Both the position numbers and the translations under genes were made by a program. DNA of 64,000 nt from an uncultured Desulfospira sp. (lineage in GTDB: Bacteria > Desulfobacterota > Desulfobacteria > Desulfobacterales > Desulfobacteraceae), in NCBI GenBank assembly GCA_963663165.1, contig OY760175.1:1408001-1472000 (forward strand), read 5' to 3'. Below the pieces are notes generated by a model. That model saw only the letters and a program-made list of their open reading frames with translations. It was not told the origin of the DNA and did not search any database. Of this stretch, positions 1-11,794 are shown in pieces (positions within the stretch are counted from its first letter, which is position 1; each line of letters opens with the position of its first letter).

Positions 1-219
1 CCCTCCGTTATTGCTGTTTCGTTCTCCTTTTGCGCCGGAGACCCATGTATCCCTTGTAACTTTATACTGTTCACTTTTGCCTTCGGGCGGCCAGAAACGC
101 TCCTTTCTCAAATTTTCAGCAAAAGAAATAGATTGTGTCAAAAATAAAAAAAGCCCACACAGGGCTAAAAATAAAAACAATTTGTTTCGGTAAACAACCA
201 TGACCCTATTATAAATTGA

Positions 220-1749
220 CTATTTTACCTTGTCAGCCCCCGAAGAAGAACCATTTGCAGGGCCAATATATTTTCGTGCGATGACCACGTTATCAATGTA
301 CATATGCTGATCATATGGAGAAACGGCTTTCCCGCCATGATATAATGAAAGAACAACCTCCTCAATTCTTAGATCGAAGGTCTTCCGAAACAATATATCA
401 TTCTTCTCAAATACTTGGTATCCATCTACCCAAGCCTTTAAAATCCCGTTTTTAATTCCAGGAGAGTTCAGTTGCACATATTGCTCAATACAATACCACC
501 TGTTTGTAACCGGAAACCCTGATTCTCCAGGAGACCAAACCCAATCACCCCCATATTGCTCCGGCTGGTCTGCATAATAACAATAAGAACCTATAGGGGT
601 CATCCCGAATAACGGATTGCTCTTTTCCTGAACCGTTGGTAAAAATAGTCCCCTGGCAGACCACCCGTCATAACCATTCGGTTTTCTCCCCCCCCAACCG
701 GCTCTATTATATGTACCCAAAAAACCTGAAAGTTTTCCTACTGAAACGGTCTGATTCCAATCATCTCCCAACCGAAGATAATACCTGAAAAATACTTTTC
801 CCGGCTCACTACCCATTTTTTCCATGAACTTGAATCTTAACCCACCTCCTAAATTTTTTCCTTTTTCTAACCAGATACTCAAAGCCTTTCCTGAAAATGG
901 AACAAACTTTCGCGTCGTATCAGACTCCACAATCCTCACAAAATGTTCGGCTGTAGACCATTCTTCTATAGCCTTTTTCTTTTCAAAATCAGAAAAGAAT
1001 ATTACGTCTTTATGACTTTCTATCCCTTTGTCATTCACGTAGTTTTTTGCTATTCCGTTTTGTTCCTTTTTTAATTTAGTTTCACCGGGTCCGCATAGGA
1101 AAGCACCAACCAAAATATGTGACCCAGATTGAGCAAATGAGGTCATTTTTAAATATGCACTTTTTATCGTTTGACCTGATAAACCGTTGAGTGGAAAGCG
1201 AATTAAAATATTTTTCCCATCAGGCCCGGAGCCTACGACTAAGGTCTTGCTCCTACCACCAACGCTCTTATAAGTTGATTTGTCCAGGTAGGTATCCGCC
1301 TCCGGTTCGATTGTTATTTTTTCGCCGTTATCCAAAGTGATATTTAGAAACGGCCTTTGATTGCTATATTCGCTACACTCGCGACTTCTAAAACTATAAT
1401 CGCCATTCCCTGCTATTGCGTGTAAAAATATTCCATTGTTCTGAACTGTTCCCTGTAACCACTGTTTTACAAGATCTGTAATGTCCCATTCAACATTTTG
1501 TATCGAATCCGTGTCTTTTATATATGCTTGAGAATAAGGAGACAGTCCCTGGGGAAGTCCTTCTGCATCAATCCAATCACCCTGAAAATGCTTCCATTTC
1601 AAGTGGGCAGCTTGGTTATAATAGTCTCTGCTGGCACCGTCTTTTTGAGCTGCCCCCCCCTCCACCCAGAGGCAGTAATTCCCAAATGCTAATTTACAAA
1701 AATAAAAGAAGGATAAAAAAGTAACAAGTATAATCGAATTCAATCTCAT
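220..1749 (-). CDS. Secreted protein with DNRLRE-like domain(s) and a C-terminal polysaccharide-lyase (PL14-like) domain
   Basis: True start is probably MRLNSIILVTF (ATG 1749), which looks like a signal peptide. Has EADTYLD and 'WDITDLVKQWL..NNGIFL' DNRLRE-like motifs and C-terminal 'GKLSG..WSARG..RWYCIEQYVQLN..NGILKAWVDG'. The longer 609-aa ORF is read-through from the upstream pseudogene. Confidence 0.65.
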   Translation of the reverse strand: MRLNSIILVTFLSFFYFCKLAFGNYCLWVEGGAAQKDGASRDYYNQAAHLKWKHFQGDWIDAEGLPQGLSPYSQAYIKDTDSIQNVEWDITDLVKQWLQGTVQNNGIFLHAIAGNGDYSFRSRECSEYSNQRPFLNITLDNGEKITIEPEADTYLDKSTYKSVGGRSKTLVVGSGPDGKNILIRFPLNGLSGQTIKSAYLKMTSFAQSGSHILVGAFLCGPGETKLKKEQNGIAKNYVNDKGIESHKDVIFFSDFEKKKAIEEWSTAEHFVRIVESDTTRKFVPFSGKALSIWLEKGKNLGGGLRFKFMEKMGSEPGKVFFRYYLRLGDDWNQTVSVGKLSGFLGTYNRAGWGGRKPNGYDGWSARGLFLPTVQEKSNPLFGMTPIGSYCYYADQPEQYGGDWVWSPGESGFPVTNRWYCIEQYVQLNSPGIKNGILKAWVDGYQVFEKNDILFRKTFDLRIEEVVLSLYHGGKAVSPYDQHMYIDNVVIARKYIGPANGSSSGADKVK

Positions 1750-1759
1750 TTCCACACCA

Positions 1760-2459
1760 TATAATATCGTTGATCGATATCTTCTTTTTTTTTTAAAATG
1801 CATAATAATTGAGGGGGCCATTGAATTAAAACTTTTGATTATCCTTTTTCTTAAAAAATATACAATTGGTGAATAATGGGGCCTTGGCGGTTGAACTGTA
1901 AAAATTAACTTCACAGGTTTCAGATTGAATCTATCACAAAGCGTTGATAGCGTTTTAGGAGAAAAATAAAAGGTATGGTCCTTATGAACCAACTCTTCTT
2001 TACCCAAAAACCAAGTTTTTAAGTTATTAAAGTTGAGAGCGCCTGGCACGCCGATGATTATTTCTCCGCCTGGTAAAAGAAACGATTTTGCCTCTCAATA
2101 AACAAGCCAGGATAATTGAGAGGCTCAATAACATCACCTGCCAAAACAACTTCAACTTTTTTATTCAGTTCCATCTTTTCAGCATCCATGACAAAAACAT
2201 TATCGAATCCGTTTTCTTTTAGAGTTTGAATCCCCTCCCTGGACAAATCAATTCCGATAATTTCCTTGGCACTTTGCTGGAGATTTAAGTGAAATAGATT
2301 TCCTTCAGTAATTCGTTGTTGTGTTATTGAAAAATCTGAACATCCCACATGCAACAGCACCTTGTTATTAACCTGTGAACAAGAATACTTGTTTCTATCA
2401 AATTCAAGATGACATTTTTCCCCAGAATCATAAATCTATGAAGGTTTATAAATTGACAT
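1760..2459 (-). pseudogene. Class I SAM-dependent methyltransferase, disrupted
   Basis: ATG 2459, in-frame TAG at codon 8 (2436-2438), 'LLHVGC' motif I and 'AGDVIEPL'. Frameshift near 2075 into the frame encoding 'PGALNF..HKDHTFYFSPKTL'. No stop before the next gene; the left boundary is approximate. Confidence 0.7.
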
Positions 2460-2478
2460 ATCAACACCGTTGCTAAAT

Positions 2479-3654
2479 TTATTTATTATTTAAAATTTGT
2501 TGAAAAAGCAACTCAAGCTTTTCCGAAGCGTCTAAAGCATCAAAGCGCTTTTTTGCGATGGGGATAAATGACTTAAACGTCTGGTTATATTTATTTTGGT
2601 TTTGGCAATAGCTTTTTACTGAATTTACCATCTGTCCAATATCTCCTGTTTCAACCATAATAGCAGGAGTGTCTCTTAAGACCTCTCTTAATCCTATACA
2701 ATTATAGGCGATGACAGGTGTTCCTGCGATTAAAGATTCTGCCGGCAATAATGGACACGCTTCCCAATAGGAAGGAACTATCAGCAAATCAATACCTTTA
2801 AGTATTCCATAAATATTGGGCTGAAAATCCATATGCTTAAAATAATTATTTATTTTATTGTCATTAATAGCGCTTGTAAATTTACCAAAGAAGCGCCCAC
2901 TTCCAACAGTAAGCACCTGTATTTCGTCTTCTTTAATCCCATCCGAACGTAACTCTTTGATTAACTCAATCAGATCCTGAAAGCCTTTTCTTGGCATAAA
3001 CCTTCCCATAAACGATAGTAAAACAACATTCTGAGCAACACCCAACTGAGCCCTTAATTCAGGGAAACTATTTCTTTGTGTAAAATTATTGATATCTATG
3101 CCATTTTTTATCACAGCTATACTTTTTTCAATAGAAGCCAATCCAGGTAGATACTCCAATAAATTCTCTTTGGCATCCTCACTAACCATGTTTATAACAT
3201 CAATTTTTTTCAGCATTACAGTCATAAAGAATCTTTTAACAGGCCCGAATGCTCCAGAAAAGTCCTCCTCCCCCTCATATCCCAAAATGCTGTGAGAAGT
3301 CATTATATGCGGTTTGCCGGATATTAAATTGACGACTGATGTAATAATCCCGGCTGTAAAACCATGCGTGTGCAACAGGCTTATCTGTGAACGTAATAAG
3401 CACAAAATTAAATTTTTAACCATTGAAAGCGAAGTGTATTTTGATGAACACTTGATGATATTAACTTCAAAAGCACTTAAATCTGAACGTAATACCTCTA
3501 TTTCGTCGGTAGGTGCGGTTAAAATGGTAAATGAATATCTATCTGGGTCTAAATTCCCGTACATAAACTTCAAGTAGGTTCTTATTCCCCCGACTAACCA
3601 TCGAGCCACACAAAGAACATGAATTTTTCCTGATCTATCTTTATTAATCGTCAT
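2479..3654 (-). CDS. Glycosyltransferase family 4
   Basis: HTHG, GRFMPRKG and PSYWEACPLLPAESL (EX7E) motifs. Confidence 0.9.
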   Translation of the reverse strand: MTINKDRSGKIHVLCVARWLVGGIRTYLKFMYGNLDPDRYSFTILTAPTDEIEVLRSDLSAFEVNIIKCSSKYTSLSMVKNLILCLLRSQISLLHTHGFTAGIITSVVNLISGKPHIMTSHSILGYEGEEDFSGAFGPVKRFFMTVMLKKIDVINMVSEDAKENLLEYLPGLASIEKSIAVIKNGIDINNFTQRNSFPELRAQLGVAQNVVLLSFMGRFMPRKGFQDLIELIKELRSDGIKEDEIQVLTVGSGRFFGKFTSAINDNKINNYFKHMDFQPNIYGILKGIDLLIVPSYWEACPLLPAESLIAGTPVIAYNCIGLREVLRDTPAIMVETGDIGQMVNSVKSYCQNQNKYNQTFKSFIPIAKKRFDALDASEKLELLFQQILNNK

Positions 3655-3700
3655 CGCTATTCCACCGGACTTAATGAGAAGTTAAACTAAATATTTTCTG

Positions 3701-4981
3701 CTATGATGATTTTATAATTTTTAACACGGTCAAAAGATTTTTTTTTCGAAAAACATAAGTTCGCATAAACGTGAATAAAAGAGAGAGAAAGGGTTTTGGA
3801 TCATCCCAAGCCAGATAAGCATACTCTCTTCTTCCTTTCACAGATCGTATAACCTCACCCAAAGATACTTTTTTTTTCATCAAGTACCCATCAAAAGAAA
3901 AAACAGCTAATATCTCCCTAATAATATCAACCCAGATTACTTTTATTTTTGGGGGCTTGATCCATTTAATTTTCTCACCTAAAATTTCTTTATATGCCAT
4001 ATATTCCATATTCATTCCGCAACGTGCTGACAGTCGGTTCTGTGTTGTGGACCTTGCATTAATCTCGACAAGTTTCAGCTTTCCGTCACTGTGATCTCTT
4101 TGAATTTCCGCTTCTGCAAACCCGGTATAACCGATTGATTTAAGGCATTGCACCGCCAAATCCACGGCACCCGGTTCCCACACCGTAAAACAGGAACTGG
4201 CATTCCCGAAGTCAATTGGCTGGATCCGAAGTTTTTGATAACAACATGCAGCTTTTAGATTTGAATCCCGGTCAAAATACATATTAACGAGATACCGTTC
4301 CGTCCCTATGAGCTCTTTTTGAACAATAATATCGTCTTCTTCGCAGGACACTTTCCGGTACACTTCAACAAGTTCTTCTGCTGAGCTGGCTTTAAGGCAT
4401 TTGTTGCCAAACTTAGCCACAAACGATGTAGACTGAACTGGCTTTAAAATGCAGGGATAGTCGAGTTTCTGACTGATTTTCCTGACTTCGGCCATGTTCT
4501 CCGGGACATCGGTTTTTGCATGGGGGATACCAAACTTGCGGAGGGTATCATAAAATCGAATTTTATCTACCAGGATCTCAACAACCTTGATAGGGGCCAT
4601 TGGAAGGTGAAAATACGCCTCAAGTTTTTTCCTGTGGCGAAGAACACACATGAGCTGGAGATCCCCGGATACAAACATTACCGGTTTTAATTTACACTCC
4701 CTGCCTACAGCCGCCAGAAAAGATATAAATTGTTCTTCAAAATCTTTATAATCAGGGCAAATCATTCTTTTTGCATATCGTGACAGAAAGGTAATATTTT
4801 GCCGTTTACTGTCTATGGATAGAACAGGAACATTTTCTCTGCCCAGATTAAGAACAATACCATAGCCATTGGAATCCCCGGAGTTTAAAACAACGGCACC
4901 GGATCTGTTCCTTTTACAGGCCAAGTGATTAAAAGAGGAGAGGGTTTTCAAATCATTCATATTGAACACGTTGGTTTTCAT
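3701..4981 (-). CDS. ATP-grasp carboxylate-amine ligase (D-aspartate ligase-like)
   Basis: DKIRFY, YPCILKP and LVEINARS ATP-grasp motifs. Confidence 0.8.
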   Translation of the reverse strand: MKTNVFNMNDLKTLSSFNHLACKRNRSGAVVLNSGDSNGYGIVLNLGRENVPVLSIDSKRQNITFLSRYAKRMICPDYKDFEEQFISFLAAVGRECKLKPVMFVSGDLQLMCVLRHRKKLEAYFHLPMAPIKVVEILVDKIRFYDTLRKFGIPHAKTDVPENMAEVRKISQKLDYPCILKPVQSTSFVAKFGNKCLKASSAEELVEVYRKVSCEEDDIIVQKELIGTERYLVNMYFDRDSNLKAACCYQKLRIQPIDFGNASSCFTVWEPGAVDLAVQCLKSIGYTGFAEAEIQRDHSDGKLKLVEINARSTTQNRLSARCGMNMEYMAYKEILGEKIKWIKPPKIKVIWVDIIREILAVFSFDGYLMKKKVSLGEVIRSVKGRREYAYLAWDDPKPFLSLLFTFMRTYVFRKKNLLTVLKIIKSS

Positions 4982-5109
4982 TAAGGCGCCCTATCAAAAG
5001 TATAATTATCAGCAAGCTGTTTTATTCTAAAGCATCGGTGATTCGCAATAATTTTTTCATGCTTTGTTGTGGATCGTTTTTAATTTATAATCCTGGTAGG
5101 TTGTGGTCG

Positions 5110-6027
5110 TTATTTAATTGGTATGATCGCAACAAACCTTGCAATACTGTAAATGGTAAATAAAAAAAATATGGGAAAAATTTTAAATGAGATCCCTATG
5201 CGTTTAATAACTTTAAGGGTCTGAAGTATTGGCGGCAAAAAAAATAACGATAAAGACAAGATCATTATTTTAAAGGAGAATAGTCCCGTTCCGATCAAAA
5301 ACAATATGATGCTTGCTCCGGTTACTAAAGGAAAAGCCAGGCTGGGAATCTCCTGGAGTTTTAACCCATGATTGAAAAGCCCTTTGAAATTATCAGCACC
5401 ATGCCATTTTTCTTTATTGAAAAACTCTTTTATTGTTTTGGGTTCTCTTAAATGAAAAATTTTTACATCAGGGTCATTAACCATTTTCCATGACCGTGAA
5501 ATTCGATATCCGATATCCGCATCTTCACAGGTTATAAGAGCAGGATCAAACCCGTTTACCTGATCAAAAGCCTCCTTTTTTACGATAAAGTTGCTTGACG
5601 AAAGCCAGTTGGTATACCCTTTTTGGGGAATCTGCTTCATCAATGACCATGTCTTCTCAACCCATGAGGTATCTGTTTCAGGAATTTCCGGTTTTGATCC
5701 TACAGCCGCTACCGTTTTATCCTTCAACACTTTTACAGCATTGATAAGCCAATCCTTATCCGGAACACAGTCTGCATCAATAAAAGCAAAAATCTCACCA
5801 TTGGCTGCTTGTGCTCCTTTGTTGCGTAATTCACCTATGTTACCCTGTTTAACCTCAAGAACAACAGAACCCTTTTGCTGGGCAATGTTTTTTGTTTGGT
5901 CAATAGAATCATTGTCGACAACAATAACTTCAATTTGAGACTGATCATAATTCAAGGAGTAAATACCATCCAAGCATTGTCGAATGTAATCTTCTTCGTT
6001 TTTAGCAGGTATAATAATTGATAGCAT
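5110..6027 (-). CDS. Glycosyltransferase family 2
   Basis: SIIIPAKNEE, VVDNDS, FIDADC, CEDAD; C-terminal TM helices. Confidence 0.9.
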   Translation of the reverse strand: MLSIIIPAKNEEDYIRQCLDGIYSLNYDQSQIEVIVVDNDSIDQTKNIAQQKGSVVLEVKQGNIGELRNKGAQAANGEIFAFIDADCVPDKDWLINAVKVLKDKTVAAVGSKPEIPETDTSWVEKTWSLMKQIPQKGYTNWLSSSNFIVKKEAFDQVNGFDPALITCEDADIGYRISRSWKMVNDPDVKIFHLREPKTIKEFFNKEKWHGADNFKGLFNHGLKLQEIPSLAFPLVTGASIILFLIGTGLFSFKIMILSLSLFFLPPILQTLKVIKRIGISFKIFPIFFLFTIYSIARFVAIIPIK

Positions 6028-6670
6028 AAGGATGTATCTCTATCCAATATATATGTTGGCTACTTTTTTGAGTAAAGACCAGACTGTAACCCGGCAACCT
6101 TGTGACACAATTTTACAATTAAAGCCGAAAGCATTGTAAAGAAGGGGGACAGCGCACATGTAATTATCAAAACAACACAGAGCTTTATTACCCCGTATAG
6201 TATTGTTTTTTTATCCGGCTCAACTAATCCAAAAACCACTTCGGATAAATAAATACCAAATGTATGCAATAAAAAAATGGAAAACACATGCTTATGAAAA
6301 AAATTGAACCCCTTCTGAACATAAATATTTTTTTGTATCAGCCGTACAATCTCATTTTTAAAAATCAGGAGAAGCCCTATCATGGAAAAACTTCCGGAAA
6401 CAAAATACAAATCCGGTGGTAAATTGTGGAACCCAAAATCAAAGTTTAATTGCAGGCCATATACCAAGGCAACAGCAAATAAAATGCAAATAACGAACAA
6501 TTGTATACCAAAACGTCTAAGGTTTTGGATATTGTTCTGATCGAACAGAACAAAGCCCGAAATATAGAAACTGCTGAAAACAACCGGCTTATACATATCA
6601 TTGCCGATTATTGTAAAAACGGACCGTGCATCACAAAAAAGTCCAATTGAACTGAAAGCAACAAAGCTTA

Positions 6671-8051
6671 GGGATGTGGTAAAATTAAAACCCACAATTC
6701 ATTCCTCATAGCATGGAATATCAACAGCCCATTTTTCAATCCCTGGAATCCGAATAATTTTGTTTTCTATATTATTCACGGCGGACTTGACCAAACGTAC
6801 CCCTGTCGGGTAAACACCTTTGATTAATTTGACGACAGGATTTTCTCCTTTCCATGTCATTGTTCGACATAGACCGAGAACCTTTTCAATTTTGTTCAGC
6901 AATTCGCCTTTCCAATGATTTTCCAAAACACCCCAAACTCGCTCTATTGGGTTGTATTTACTGTGGTACGGGGGATAGTACACCAAACTAATATTTACAA
7001 ATGCTGATTTGGCAAAGTCCACGAGGCGACTAATGAATTGGCTCCTTCGGCTACTATTTTCCGGCCCATTATCAAGATTGATCACCAGTGTATGTGGGGC
7101 GAATCTTGCGTTCAAAGAAGGCCAGAGTGATTCCAGCGCATCAATCATGAAATCAGAGGTGATGTTGCTTTCAGTGAAGTACATATAATTTTCATCCAGA
7201 GCAGGTATGTTGATACCGAAAAGTTTCAAAAGGGAATCGGGTTTAAAATCATGGTCCGCCGCTTTAAGATTGCAACGACTATATCCGCCTCGGGAATAAG
7301 GCCCTATTTTAATAGTGGCTTTTGCGTCCATTGAGATACGTAAAACGCCATCTGTTTCATCGGCTAGTTGGTTTGTCCTATGCACATATTCAAAAATGAT
7401 GTCTGTTTCAGGAATTTTTTTTTTACCTTGGCTTTGGCGACCTTCTTCAGTTTAAAACCCAATTTATTCATTATGGTGGATAGAGTCCGTACTGTTGGCA
7501 TATTCTCAGGGTCATATCCCATGTCGTCAACTAATCGACGGAATACTTCATTCGCAGATATTGGGGAATATAAATTCTGGGTACGGAATGTAGGATCAGT
7601 CTGACATATAGGGTTTACAATACGAGTTATGTCCTCTTTTAAATTCGGAAAATGTTCTAAACACGATTTCCGGCCTCGTCCGGAAAAATTATCAACACAG
7701 GTAACTCCGCTTTCTATTTCCCGTCGCCCTTTGATTATTGTTTTCCGATCCCAACCCAGTTCTCTTTCAGCCTTTAGTTGTCCGCCGTGCCCCATAAGGG
7801 AGACAACGCGTGCCATGAATTGGCGCCGTTCATGGCCTTTTAATTTGCTTCGAGTGGTATTCAGAAAATCCTTTAGTGGTGGCGTTAATTCCGATATAGT
7901 TTTGGGTAAATTGTGCTTAGAATGATCAAACATGGTCCTCCTGTATTTTTTATGTAATCTTCCATGTTGACCATAAACTATCGATTCCATGTTGTCTATA
8001 GAAATCAGAATTCAGACTATGGAATTGTGGATATTAATTTTTCTGAGGCCC
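6671..8051 (-). mobile_element. ISAzo13-family insertion sequence, copy 1 (1381 bp)
   Basis: Imperfect 30-bp terminal IRs (GGGATGTGGTAAAATTAAAACCCACAATTC / GGGCCTCAGAAAAATTAATATCCACAATTC, 22/30). 3-bp TTA duplication at 6668-6670 and 8052-8054. Near-identical to copies at 8677 and 38062. Confidence 0.93.
6699..7933 (-). CDS. ISAzo13 transposase, split in two frames at an A10 tract (probable -1 frameshift)
   Basis: orfA starts MFDHSKH after AGGAGG. orfB has ISMDAK, LDNGPEN and YYPPYHSKYNPIER. Confidence 0.85.
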
Positions 8052-8676
8052 TTATCATTACAAGCAGTAATAAATATTTATTTCCTTTATAAAGCCTGAA
8101 ATACAGTGGAGAAAACAAAAAGATAATAAATAAGGTGTTTAGGAACCATACCTGGCCAATTGGGAACGGCATTTGAGTCGGGCGTATCTGGAGCCAACAT
8201 AGAATATTTCCAAAATTTGGGGACGGCAGATGCCCCTGGGTTATTATGAACACGATCAAAGAAAGAATGCATAACAGATAATAGGGAACCATTAAATTAA
8301 TCCCAAAACAAGCGTGAGATAAGTAATAAAAATGAGATAAAATCCTCGAAACGCCTATCAATAAAAGGTATAATAAGTTTACCACAACGAAATATACCAA
8401 ATTGAAAGGACGTTTCGAGTGAATAAAAATATCAACAAAAATTTGGCAAAACGCAAGAAAAAAATAAGCAAAAAGCTCAACAAAAGAGATTGGGATGAAC
8501 AGCCAGCCCCCATGTTTAAAGCATCCAACATTCAATACGAGATTGACGGTCGCCTCCAAGGGGTTGCTCCCGGCGGCATAGGGTTAATTCATATGCTTGC
8601 CAAAAAGACCGGCCTTCTGAAAGAAATTGATAAGGAGCTCGAACTGCTTAAACGCCATTTGCCCTATCATGAATCA

Positions 8677-10055
8677 GGGATGTGGTAAAATTAAAACCCA
8701 CAATTCATTCCTCATAGCATGGAATATCAACAGCCCATTTTTCAATCCCTGGAATCCGAATAATTTTGTTTTCTATATTATTCACGACGGACTTGACCAA
8801 ACGTACCCCTGTCGGGTAAACACCTTTGATTAATTTGACGACAGGATTTTCTCCTTTCCATGTCATTGTTCGACATAGACCGAGAACCTTTTCAATTTTG
8901 TTCAGCAATTCGCCTTTCCAATGATTTTCCAAAACACCCCAAACTCGCTCTATTGGGTTGTATTTACTGTGGTACGGGGGATAGTACACCAAACTAATAT
9001 TTACAAATGCTGATTTGGCAAAGTCCACGAGGCGACTAATGAATTGGCTCCTTCGGCTACTATTTTCCGGCCCATTATCAAGATTGATCACCAGTGTATG
9101 TGGGGCGAATCTTGCGTTCAAAGAAGGCCAGAGTGATTCCAGCGCATCAATCATGAAATCAGAGGTGATGTTGCTTTCAGTGAAGTACATATAATTTTCA
9201 TCCAGAGCAGGTATGTTGATACCGAAAAGTTTCAAAAGGGAATCGGGTTTAAAATCATGGTCCGCCGCTTTAAGATTGCAACGACTATATCCGCCTCGGG
9301 AATAAGGCCCTATTTTAATAGTGGCTTTTGCGTCCATTGAGATACGTAAAACGCCATCTGTTTCATCGGCTAGTTGGTTTGTCCTATGCACATATTCAAA
9401 AATGATGTCTGTTTCAGGAATTTTTTTTTACCTTGGCTTTGGCGACCTTCTTCAGTTTAAAACCCAATTTATTCATTATGGTGGATAGAGTCCGTACTGT
9501 TGGCATATTCTCAGGGTCATATCCCATGTCGTCAACTAATCGACGGAATACTTCATTCGCAGATATTGGGGAATATAAATTCTGGGTACGGAATGTAGGA
9601 TCAGTCTGACATATAGGGTTTACAATACGAGTTATGTCCTCTTTTAAATTCGGAAAATGTTCTAAACACGATTTCCGGCCTCGTCCGGAAAAATTATCAA
9701 CACAGGTAACTCCGCTTTCTATTTCCCGTCGCCCTTTGATTATTGTTTTCCGATCCCAACCCAGTTCTCTTTCAGCCTTTAGTTGTCCGCCGTGCCCCAT
9801 AAGGGAGACAACGCGTGCCATGAATTGGCGCCGTTCATGGCCTTTTAATTTGCTTCGAGTGGTATTCAGAAAATCCTTTAGTGGTGGCGTTAATTCCGAT
9901 ATAGTTTTGGGTAAATTGTGCTTAGAATGATCAAACATGGTCCTCCTGTATTTTTATGTAATCTTCCATGTTGACCATAAACTATCGATTCCATGTTGTC
10001 TATAGAAATCAGAATTCAGACTATGGAATTGTGGATATTAATTTTTCTGAGGCCC
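8677..10055 (-). mobile_element. ISAzo13-family insertion sequence, copy 2 (1379 bp), nested in IS1380
   Basis: Same ends as copy 1. TCA duplication at 8674-8676 and 10056-10058. Two 1-bp homopolymer contractions and one SNP relative to copies 1 and 3. Confidence 0.93.
8705..9938 (-). CDS. ISAzo13 transposase, copy 2 (split at an A9 tract)
   Basis: Same protein as copy 1; orfA ends KVKKNS*. Confidence 0.8.
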
Positions 10056-11794
10056 TCAGATCATGTCGTCAACATGGCATATAATATTCTTGCCGGTGGC
10101 ACCTGCCTTCAGGATATTGAGCTGCTCAGAAACAATGAAGCCTGGTTGAATGCTCTGGATGCAGAAATTATCCCCGATCCCACTACAGCCGGAGACTTTT
10201 TGCGCCGGTTTTCCAAGGAAGATATCATAACTCTGCAGGACGTCAAAAATACCATCCGGAAAAAGGTATGGGAAAAGCAGCCGCAAAACTTCAAGAAAGA
10301 AGCCATCATCAATATCGACGGCACTATCAGTGAAACAACCGGCGAGTGCAAACAGGGTATGGACATCTCTTATAATGGTAAGTGGGGATATGCCCCTCTG
10401 ATAGTCTCTCTGGAAAAAACAAGGGAGCCTCTTTATATAATCAATCGATCCGGCAATGCTCCGTCCCACCTCAACTCTGCGGGTTGGGTGGATAAGTCCC
10501 TTGATCTGCTGGAAGGCACTTTTAAAAAATTATACGTTCGGGGTGATACTGATTTCAGCCTTACTTCCAATTTTGACAAATGGGATCAACGCTGTACCTT
10601 TGTCTTTGGCATGGATGCCAGATCAAACCTGATAAAACTGGCCGGTGGCCTTTCAGATTCCGAATGGGAGATATTTGAAAAACAGCCGCAAGCAATCAAA
10701 ACAATCCCCAGAAAACGTCCTGAAAATATCAAACTTCAAGTGGTCAAAAAACGCAATTTCAAACGTCTTGAGACCGCCTGTGAACATATAGCCGAATTTG
10801 AATATAAACCTGGTAAATGTCGGCAACCCTACCGGATGATCGTGCTGCGCAAAACAATAAATGAGTATAAAGGCGAACGTCTATTGTTTGACGATATCCG
10901 TTACTTTTTTTACATCACAAACGATTGGAAAAAATCAGCCAGGCACCTGGTGGATTTTTACCGGAAACGGGCGGATCACGAAAATGACATTGATCAGTTG
11001 AAACATGGCGTGCATGCAATGGCTAATCCTTCTGATTCCCTAAATGCCAACTGGGCCTATATGGTTGTTGCATCTTTGGCATGGGATCTGAAAGCCTGGT
11101 ATGGAATGATGATGCCGTATCGAGCTTTAGGTCTTTCCATCGTCCGTATGGAATTCAAACGCTTTATCCAGACATTTATAAATATCCCTTGCTTGATCAT
11201 ACGTTCCGGCAGGGCCATTAAATATCGAATCATTGGTTATAACAACAGGCTCACAAGCGTGTTCAAGTTTTTTAACTCTTTGAAGACTGCCTGGGTTACA
11301 TGATGCCTTTGCTCCGGACAGTTATTGCAAACGGGCTGCAATGGCGAGTCTAAAACCTGTAGATTTCAAAAGGGAATTTAAGCAATGAACCACAACACAA
11401 TCGGCAGTATTCCAAAAAACATCAGGACTCGTGCGTCTGTTTGATGGAAATTGGAGACACAAAATAATAGCTCGGGGCGCCGATTGCTTATGAGAAATTC
11501 ATTTTTTATAACACGCTTGTTTTGGGATTAATACATCTTTTTAAGTAATACCTGGATATACTATATTCCCTCTCAAAACTAAAAAAAGACACTGCCCCAG
11601 AAATAAAAAAGAATATCGGAACAAAAACGTGCAGAAACTCTGAGTAAGGCCGATAGTGAGAATGGTCACAAAAAATCATGGAAAAATTGAAGATAATTTG
11701 CAAGATATGTCAGGTTTGAGGCAGAAGTTCCCCTGTTTATCTCGCAAATAATCGTGAAACTCCTGCCTCCCCACCCAATAACAGGGCAGGAGAT

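Larger units (their letters stand above)
8419..11303 (+). pseudogene. IS1380-family DDE transposase (500 aa when rejoined), disrupted by ISAzo13 copy 2
   Basis: 8419-8676 (...HLPYHES) joins in frame to 10059-11303 (DHVVNMAY...). Motifs IDGT, VRGDTDF and YRKRADHENDIDQLK. Confidence 0.88.
8302..11526 (+). mobile_element. IS1380-family insertion sequence, interrupted by a nested ISAzo13
   Basis: Perfect 15-bp IR CCCAAAACAAGCGTG / CACGCTTGTTTTGGG, flanked by ATTAAT on both sides (8296-8301, 11527-11532). A 4-bp TTAA duplication is equally compatible. Confidence 0.9.

Noticed and set aside
2436..2438. Pyrrolysine read-through of the in-frame TAG
   Set aside because: The gene also has a frameshift and is not a methylamine methyltransferase; simple decay is more likely
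8017..8559. 180-aa ORF (also the 65-aa ORF at 11506-11703 and the N-termini of 6060-6695 and 9993-11303)
   Set aside because: Chimeras of IS end sequence and fragments of interrupted genes, not independent genes
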